Assembly (NCBI GenBank): GCA_037134915.1
Contig: JBAXLJ010000002.1
Span: 192,935 to 256,934, forward strand
Source of the DNA: Candidatus Falkowbacteria bacterium
Lineage (GTDB): Bacteria > Patescibacteriota > Patescibacteriia > Patescibacteriales > UBA12465
Direction of reading: 5' to 3'
Length of the DNA: 64,000 nt
In this document: positions 9,298-15,830 of the stretch, piece after piece
Numbering within the stretch: position 1 is the first letter of the stretch
How the letters are laid out: each line of letters begins with the position of its first letter
Translations under genes and position numbers: made by a program
The notes under the pieces: generated by a model
Told to the model about the DNA's origin: nothing
What the model saw: the letters and a program-made list of their open reading frames with translations, nothing else
The model's database searches: none

Positions 9298-9427
9298 ACT
9301 CTTGTAAATAAAGGTTAATTGAAAGTTTGTATTTTAAAAACAAATTTTCAATTTAATAATTTAGGCAGAAGTGATTTTAATTATTTTTTTTAAAGAATAA
9401 TTATTTATTACAAAGCCCCATGCAACT

Positions 9428-9709
9428 ATGTCTAAAATGACAAAGGCTCAAATGGTAGCCAACTTAGCTGAAGCCACTGGCTATGCTAAGAAAGAAGTAG
9501 CAATGTTTTTAGAAACTATTGCTGAACTAACTTATAAAGAAGTTAAGAAGAATGGTGAATGCATCGTTCCTGGCTTCGGTAAATTAGTTAAAGCAAAAAG
9601 AAAAGCTCGTGAAGGCCGCAATCCAGCTACTGGCGAAACTATCAAAATCCCAGCTAAAACTGTGGTTAAGTTCCGTCTAGCTAAAGCGGTTAAAGATGCT
9701 GTTCTATAA
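9428..9709 (+). CDS. hup: DNA-binding protein HU
   Basis: 93 aa. GFGKLVKAKRKAREGRNPATGETIKIPAKTVVKFRLAKAVKD is the HU/IHF arm. Codon usage is biased in the way expected of a highly expressed gene. Confidence 0.95.
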   Translation: MSKMTKAQMVANLAEATGYAKKEVAMFLETIAELTYKEVKKNGECIVPGFGKLVKAKRKAREGRNPATGETIKIPAKTVVKFRLAKAVKDAVL

Positions 9710-9733
9710 TTTGTAAACAGCGAACTCGTATAT

Positions 9734-9768
9734 AAAAAAATCACCTTCGGAATCGGGTGATTTTTTTT
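9734..9768 (+). terminator. Rho-independent terminator of hup
   Basis: AAAAAAATCACC-ttcggaatcg-GGTGATTTTTTTT. Confidence 0.8.
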
Positions 9769-9849
9769 ATTCTCGGGAATTTTTTATTTTTAGAGAATCT
9801 CGGTTCTAAAAGAACCATCCTTCTTTATTTTGATAACGCCGCTAAATAA

Positions 9850-9960
9850 ATTTACGATTCGGTTGGCCTGGTCGTTGAAGTTGGCAAAAATATATTAGTT
9901 GTTGACTTTGATCCTCTCGTCCATCGCTTTAAGCAAAACAATATTGTTAGCATCTGGTAA
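9850..9960 (+). pseudogene. Possible relic of a ParA/MinD-like ATPase gene
   Basis: Two adjacent frames read ..FTIRLAWSLKLAK and ..VGKNILVVDFDP. The ParA pattern is ..TAxNLAxxLAxxGKKVLLVDLDPQ. There is no Walker A, the frames are broken and the ORF is 37 codons. Confidence 0.3.
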
Positions 9961-9981
9961 ATTAATTTAAGAGAGTCATAA

Positions 9982-10221
9982 TTACTCAAGATATTGGCCT
10001 AAACCATTTTTATTTAACTTATTTTTGAGTTTTATATTTCGATTTAAAAAAGATAAGAGAGAACCCAGTTCGATCTTATAGCGGTCCTTAACTATTTTGT
10101 ATTTTAGATTCGGGTCATTCTTTAGAGCCCGGCGAATAGTTTTAGGATCGACGCCACCTAGTTTGGCTGAAGAAGAAACAGAAAACCACAGCGGGGAAGC
10201 GATTTCTTTGTCTGGATTCAT
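9982..10221 (-). CDS. Small HTH protein, excisionase/MerR-like DNA-binding domain
   Basis: WFSVSSSAKLGGVDPKTIRRALKN..YKI....LLSFL matches the excisionase-family HTH pattern. 79 aa. Confidence 0.5.
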   Translation of the reverse strand: MNPDKEIASPLWFSVSSSAKLGGVDPKTIRRALKNDPNLKYKIVKDRYKIELGSLLSFLNRNIKLKNKLNKNGLGQYLE

Positions 10222-10663
10222 AAAATAATAGCTAAGTCCATTATAGCTTGGACTAAAGTATTATTATTGTCGGTCTTTTTAATTTAAAAGTCAAGATAAA
10301 CTATTTTATATTATCTTATATTTTAATCTTCTTTCGAAAAATGAAGGATTTCTGCTCCAAGGCGTATAAATAAAAGGAGGGGTTAGAAAAAGAGATTAAT
10401 CTTGCTCTTTTTTGTCACTTATGCTAATATTGTGGCAACTAATAAGAGGCAAAAGTTGCAGGGAAATGAATAATTCCCTTATTTTTTATTAAAATACCAA
10501 ACATCTGAAACTACCACTGGCTAAAAAATTTAAAGATAAACAAACCTTAAGTCGTCTTAAAAATAAGGACAAAGAAGTCTTTATTAAGGTTTATGACGAT
10601 TTTGCGGGCGATATCTACCGCTTTGTCTATTTTAAGGTCGGCCATGTCGAGGAGGCCAAAGAT

Positions 10664-11080
10664 TTGACTTCCATGATTTTTCTTAAAACTTGGAATCATA
10701 TCCAAAATAATAGTTTAACAAGTAGTGGCACGCTGCGGGCCCTTCTATATAAGATCGCCCGAACCTCAATTGTTGATTATTATCGGGAGACCGGTAATAA
10801 ACTAGAGGTATCTTTAAATGACGAGGAGCATCCGATTGATTTGCCAGATGAAAACATTGATTTGGAGGCTAATTTAGACCGAAATACCGATTTAGCCAGA
10901 ATTAATAGCAAATTGCCACTTCTTAAGGAGGAATATCGGGAAGTAATTGTCTTAAAATTCGTTAATGACTTAGATATTGAAGAGATTAGTGAGGTGACTG
11001 GTAAAACTAAGGGTAATATCCGCGTTTTGCTACATCGCTCACTGGCAGCTCTTAAAGAATTATTAGAAGACGATAAATAG
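10664..11080 (+). CDS. Sigma-70 family (ECF-type) RNA polymerase sigma factor; true N-terminus lies upstream of the ORF-track start
   Basis: Region 4 HTH: EYREVIVLKFVNDLDIEEISEVTGKTKGNIRVLLHRSLAALKE. Region 2 (DIYRFVYFKVGHVEEAKDLTSMIFLKTW) continues in frame upstream to 10493 with no ATG/GTG/TTG (see findings). Confidence 0.85.
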   Translation: MTSMIFLKTWNHIQNNSLTSSGTLRALLYKIARTSIVDYYRETGNKLEVSLNDEEHPIDLPDENIDLEANLDRNTDLARINSKLPLLKEEYREVIVLKFVNDLDIEEISEVTGKTKGNIRVLLHRSLAALKELLEDDK

Positions 11081-11160
11081 TAGGAGAAAATCCGAGAAAA
11101 ACGTCATAGTTTTTGCAACTGTAACGTTTTTTCTTTTTTTACGTATATTAGGACGTAATA

Positions 11161-11922
11161 ATGTGTAATTTTATGACTGACCGCGATCTTATCAAAAAAT
11201 TAGGTAATCTTAAAGAAATTAAACCCGATGCTAGCTGGTTAAAAGCTAATCGGGATTCTTTGTATACCCAAATTTCTAACTCAGGGGCGACTAATTTGAC
11301 AGTTTGGTCGTCTTTTGTGATTAACTTCAGAAGTGCCTTAATGGCGGTTTCCACTCCGGCGGCGGCCTTAGCTTCAATTATGTTAGTTGTCATCGCTTCC
11401 AGCGCTTACGCTCACTTATTACTCGTTAACACTAAGCCTAACCAATCATTATATATTGCCCGTGAGATTTCCGAGAAAGCAAAACTGACCACGATTTTAA
11501 ACACTGATGCTAGAGAGAAAATGGCTGGACAGTTTGCCGCTAATAACGCTCAAGATATTACCACGGTTTTATCTGATCCAACTTTCAATAACGAACAAGA
11601 AATTGCTAAATTAAATGTTAAGTTTGATGAAGAGATTAAAACAGTTCAAAAGAGCGTGGCTAAGTTAGACAAACAAAGCGTGGCTAAAGAGGCAACCCCA
11701 AAATTACTCGCCACTGGTAGTGATGAGGTTTTTAGTGCCACCGTTGGCAAAGATAAGGTTGGGGTTTCGCTAGTGGGCACAACGACTTCGGCCGCGGATA
11801 ATGTTTTAAATACCACTTCCACCACCACCAAGATTTTAGAAGAAGCTAAAAGTTTATTTGATAATAAAAATTACACAGAAGCACTTAACAAATTAAAAGA
11901 AGTAAATAACCTAATTAAGTAA
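11161..11922 (+). CDS. Single-pass membrane protein, putative anti-sigma factor
   Basis: Immediately follows the sigma gene. It has a cytoplasmic N-terminus (probable start ATG 11173), one TM (ALMAVSTPAAALASIMLVVIASSAYA) and an extracytoplasmic C-terminus. The call rests on position and topology only. Confidence 0.45.
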   Translation: MCNFMTDRDLIKKLGNLKEIKPDASWLKANRDSLYTQISNSGATNLTVWSSFVINFRSALMAVSTPAAALASIMLVVIASSAYAHLLLVNTKPNQSLYIAREISEKAKLTTILNTDAREKMAGQFAANNAQDITTVLSDPTFNNEQEIAKLNVKFDEEIKTVQKSVAKLDKQSVAKEATPKLLATGSDEVFSATVGKDKVGVSLVGTTTSAADNVLNTTSTTTKILEEAKSLFDNKNYTEALNKLKEVNNLIK

Positions 11923-12339
11923 GGCGTAAGTAGCGCTGAGCTGTTAGTTTATCTCTTTTCTGAAACATTCCTTTTCGGAAGATTCTTACATCATCTGATT
12001 TGGCTGGGCGGTTTGAGATAAATTAACAGGTCTGCGTTTAGTTCGCTAAGACAGATCAGTGAAACCCCGTAAAGGGTCGGGTCCCGCAAGGGATTGGTTT
12101 CGCTCTATTAAAAATCAAAAAAATTCGGGGATAAGCTAAAATCGCGAGATACCCAAGTGTACATCGATTTAGCTTTTCACTAGTCCGCAATTCTAGCGCG
12201 ATTAGGGAAGCGGGATTCCGATTGATGTACCCAATGGTGTACACCTCGTAATGGCAGCTTTAACCGAATAAATCTCGGAAGGGAATTGTTCTTACTAATG
12301 TTGTAGGGACGCTCAACTTCCGAATCCTTAATTACAAAT
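11923..12339 (+). promoter_or_regulatory. Structured ~0.4-kb non-coding leader upstream of the S-layer candidate
   Basis: 15-bp helix 11941-11955/12015-12029. Three-way junction 12061-12101 with a GCAA (GNRA) tetraloop hairpin and a GUAAA-loop hairpin. Competing pairings exist (AATCGCG 12139-12145 with CGCGATT 12197-12203; AAGCTAAAATCG with CGATTTAGCTT). Direct repeat TACCCAA(G/TG)GTGTACA at 12150 and 12228. Confidence 0.5.
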
Positions 12340-15300
12340 ATGAAAAATTTACGCAAGTTCTTAACTATCGGCGTAATGACATTAACTATCTTAGGAATGA
12401 CTGGCATTAACGTTAATGCTGCTGCTCCTCAAGCTGGTGACCTCATCAAGATGGACGGTCTTTCAACTGTTTATTTCTTGGGCAACGATGGTAAGAGATA
12501 TGTTTACCCAACTTCTTCTGTATATTTCTCTTGGCACAAGGATTTTAGTGGCGTAGTAACTGTTTCTGCTTCAGAATTACAGAGCTACCCATTAGGTTCC
12601 AACATTACCGTGAGACCTGGTACAAAATTAGTTAAAATCACAACTGATCCTTCCGTATATGCTGTTGAAGCTAATGGCACATTAAGAAAGATCGCTAGCG
12701 AAGCTGATGCTATCGCTATCTATGGTGCAAACTGGGCAAAGAGAGTTATTGATGTTCCTGATGCTTTCTTCACCAACTACACTATTGGTACAGCTTTGAC
12801 TTCTGGTCAAATCCCTGCTGGCACTTTAGTAAAGAATGCTAATTCCGGTGCTATCTATTTATATGATGGTACTAACTATCGTTCTATTGCTACTGAAGCT
12901 GCTTTCAATGCAAATAGATATGATTTCGCTAATGTAATCACTATTTCCAACGCTATTACAGCTGGTGGAACTGCTATTACAGGTGCTGAATCTTTAAACT
13001 ATGATGCACAAAACAGCACCAACAACAATAATGTTGTAACAACTTCTGGTGTTACAGTTAGTGTTTCTGCAAATACTGCAGCTGCATCTTCTGTTATCGG
13101 AGGACAAGCTTTAGCTGACTTAGCTTCTTTCAACTTCACCGCTTCTAACGACGGTCAAGCTGTTATCAAGACTATTAAGTTAAAGAGAATTGGTATTTCT
13201 TCTGACTCTTCTTTAGATAACGTTTATCTTTACGATGGTGTTACAAGATTAACTGACGGTGCTACTTTCTCTAATGGTTATGTTTCTTTCTCCAATGGTA
13301 CTGGTATTATTTCCATCCCAGCTGGTCAAACAAAAACATTAACTGTTAAAGGTGATGTCGCTGTTGGCGCTACTGGTAATATCGGTGTAGCTATTAACGC
13401 TGCTTCTGATATTATTTCTTCAGCTGCTGCAATCACTGGCTCTTTCCCAATTTCTGGTAATTTAATGAGCCCAACTGCTGCTTCTGATCTTTCCAAGGTT
13501 GCTTTAACTCTTAACCCAGTTGCTGCAACTGCTAAGGCTGGTAATACTAATACTATTATCTGGTCTAACACTGCTAACGTTACTAGCAAAGCTGTTGATT
13601 TCAAGTACATTGCTTTCAAGCAAATTGGATCAATTAATGCTAGTGATTTAGCAAATTTAAGCTTATACGTTGATGGTACTAAAGTTGGCACTGCTACTTT
13701 AAACAACAACGATTTAGCTTTCAACTTAGCTACTCCAGTTAGATTGAATACCGGAACTCACACTATTGAGTTAAAGGCTGATATCATCACTGGTTCAAGC
13801 CGCACTTTCAGCTTCTCTTTACAGACAGCTGCTAATGCTGTGTTCACTGACACTAACTACAATGTTAATGTAGCTCCTACTTCTTCCTTAGGTTTCGGTG
13901 GTACAACTGTTACAATCAGCCAAGGTACTTTAAGTATCTCTGCTGACTCCACTTTCAATGATACTCAAATCGTTAAGACTGCAACTAATGCAACTTTAAG
14001 CCGATTTAAGATCAAAGCTTTTGGTGAAGATGTTAAAGTAAATACTTTTGGCATCAGCGTTGTAACTAACGGTACAACTTCTGCAACTACAACTGAAAAA
14101 ATTAATGACTTAGCAATTGTCGTTAATGGAAGTCAAGTTGGTTCTTCCAAATCCATCGCTGTAGTTACTGGTACTCCAGCAACTACTGCTGCATCTTTTG
14201 GTACAACCAATTTATTCACTATCCCAGCTGGTACTGAAGTTGTTGTTGAAATCAAGGGTTCTTTAAGTCTTGATACCAACACAGCTATGAAAGATATTAA
14301 GGTTAATATCTCTGGCATCACTGCCCAAGGTGTTACTTCTTATGGATCTATCTCAGGTGCAGCTACTACTGCAAACAATACTTTAAGCATCGTTTCTGGC
14401 AGCATGACTGTTGCTAAGAATACCAACACTCAAGATCAATATGTTTCCAAGAATGTCCAAAAGGTCAAGATTGGTTCATACATCTTATCTGCTGGTTCTG
14501 CTGAAGGCGTAAACATCTCTAATGTTAGAGTTAACTTTACTTCTACTTCAACAGCTGACTTAAACAATGTTAGCAACCTATATATCAGTGAAAACACCAC
14601 TCCAGTTAACCCTCAAACTAATAACGATTTCAATACTAATTTGACAATCGATAAGAGCCAGAGCAAGACTATTGATGTTTATGCTGACTTAGGTGACTTA
14701 GCAAATGGTATTAAAGTTCAAACTTCTTTAGTCGTTACTTATAAGACTACTGTAACTCAGACCTTTGGTACTTCTGCAGAAACTTTAGGTCAGGTTATGA
14801 CTTTAGCTACTGCAACTTTAGACAGCGTTTCCAATGTATCTGATACTCCAGCTTCTGGCTTTGTATTAGGTGGAAATACTGCTACTGCTGCTAAATTGAA
14901 GTTCGTTGCCACTAACGGCGCTGCTACTATCAATGAGTTATACTTCACAGTTAACTCTTCCATAGATGCAATTAGCCAAATTACTGTTGACGGTGTTACT
15001 GCTCCAGTAATCGGTGGTAAGGTTGTTATGACTGGTTTAAACACTGTTATTGCTGCTGGTCTTCAAGGTGTTAACGTTGAAGTTAAGGCTGCTTATAACA
15101 ATGTAACTTCCGCAGGTCAAGGTGGTGTTGCTACAGGTAATACTGTCAACTTAACCTTAACTGGTATGAAGTATACTGTTAATGGTGCTCAATCCACTTC
15201 TGGTACTTTAGCTGTAAATACTAATTCCATGAAGTTGGTATCCGCTCTTCCTACTGTTGTTGACGCTTCTTCCTATGGATCAAACGCTAACTTAGTACCT

Positions 15301-15714
15301 AGCGGAAAATCTGAAGTAATGAGATTCTCTGTAACTGCTACTGGTAATAATCCTATTAACATGAAGCAGATCAGCTTAACTCCTTACTTTGATTACACCA
15401 TCCCTGCTGCAACCAGCTCCATCAAGATTTATGACGCTTCTGATTTATCAAACGTCTTATCTACTTCAACTGCTGTCTTTACAACATCTGGTACTCGCTC
15501 TAACGTAGCCTTTACTAATGATGTAACTGTTTCCGCTGGAACAACCCGTACTTTCGTTGTCTACGCTGACAACACTGGTACTGCTTCCACAACAGGTAAC
15601 TACTTCAGAATGGATATGGTTAACCCAGGTTGGTTATGGAACGATTCCACAATCACTGGTACTATCGATGGTACTTATGTGAAGGAATTCACTGGTACTA
15701 CCTTCAAGAAATAA
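12340..15714 (+). CDS. Major secreted surface protein, S-layer candidate (1124 aa)
   Basis: Signal peptide MKNLRKFLTIGVMTLTILGMTGINVNA. Thr/Ser/Ala/Asn/Gly-rich beta-type sequence without Cys. Strong codon bias (GCT/ACT/GGT/TCT, TTC/TAC/AAC/ATC, few NCG codons) is shared with hup. Strong terminator. Confidence 0.7.
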   Translation: MKNLRKFLTIGVMTLTILGMTGINVNAAAPQAGDLIKMDGLSTVYFLGNDGKRYVYPTSSVYFSWHKDFSGVVTVSASELQSYPLGSNITVRPGTKLVKITTDPSVYAVEANGTLRKIASEADAIAIYGANWAKRVIDVPDAFFTNYTIGTALTSGQIPAGTLVKNANSGAIYLYDGTNYRSIATEAAFNANRYDFANVITISNAITAGGTAITGAESLNYDAQNSTNNNNVVTTSGVTVSVSANTAAASSVIGGQALADLASFNFTASNDGQAVIKTIKLKRIGISSDSSLDNVYLYDGVTRLTDGATFSNGYVSFSNGTGIISIPAGQTKTLTVKGDVAVGATGNIGVAINAASDIISSAAAITGSFPISGNLMSPTAASDLSKVALTLNPVAATAKAGNTNTIIWSNTANVTSKAVDFKYIAFKQIGSINASDLANLSLYVDGTKVGTATLNNNDLAFNLATPVRLNTGTHTIELKADIITGSSRTFSFSLQTAANAVFTDTNYNVNVAPTSSLGFGGTTVTISQGTLSISADSTFNDTQIVKTATNATLSRFKIKAFGEDVKVNTFGISVVTNGTTSATTTEKINDLAIVVNGSQVGSSKSIAVVTGTPATTAASFGTTNLFTIPAGTEVVVEIKGSLSLDTNTAMKDIKVNISGITAQGVTSYGSISGAATTANNTLSIVSGSMTVAKNTNTQDQYVSKNVQKVKIGSYILSAGSAEGVNISNVRVNFTSTSTADLNNVSNLYISENTTPVNPQTNNDFNTNLTIDKSQSKTIDVYADLGDLANGIKVQTSLVVTYKTTVTQTFGTSAETLGQVMTLATATLDSVSNVSDTPASGFVLGGNTATAAKLKFVATNGAATINELYFTVNSSIDAISQITVDGVTAPVIGGKVVMTGLNTVIAAGLQGVNVEVKAAYNNVTSAGQGGVATGNTVNLTLTGMKYTVNGAQSTSGTLAVNTNSMKLVSALPTVVDASSYGSNANLVPSGKSEVMRFSVTATGNNPINMKQISLTPYFDYTIPAATSSIKIYDASDLSNVLSTSTAVFTTSGTRSNVAFTNDVTVSAGTTRTFVVYADNTGTASTTGNYFRMDMVNPGWLWNDSTITGTIDGTYVKEFTGTTFKK

Positions 15715-15743
15715 TCTTAGATTAATTCTTTGATAGTAATAAA

Positions 15744-15768
15744 AGAGCCCCTTCGGGGGCTCTTTTTG
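15744..15768 (+). terminator. Rho-independent terminator
   Basis: AGAGCCCC-ttcg-GGGGCTCT followed by TTTTGTTT. Confidence 0.85.
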
Positions 15769-15792
15769 TTTAGTTACGAATAATTAATTTTA

Positions 15793-15801
15793 TGTTATAA
15801 T
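15793..15801 (+). promoter_or_regulatory. Extended -10 element TGTTATAAT
   Basis: 29 nt upstream of the ATG at 15831. Confidence 0.45.
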
Positions 15802-15830
15802 ATATTTATATTTTTATAATTAAAATTAAT

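Noticed and set aside
11923-12339. Identity of the S-layer leader as a known riboswitch (preQ1-I, c-di-GMP-I, guanidine) or as tmRNA, SRP RNA or 6S RNA.
   Set aside because: The conserved cores I know are absent: the preQ1 loop plus A-rich tail geometry, the GEMM GGCAAA/ACGCAAAGC blocks, ACGR loops, the tmRNA T-arm plus CCA end, and the SRP GGAAGCAGC motif. The downstream gene is not a typical riboswitch target.
12056-12407. Two minus-strand ORFs (62 and 75 aa) in the region upstream of the S-layer candidate.
   Set aside because: They overlap each other and the start of the 12340 gene and have no promoter or start context. The region is better explained by conserved-looking RNA helices on the plus strand.
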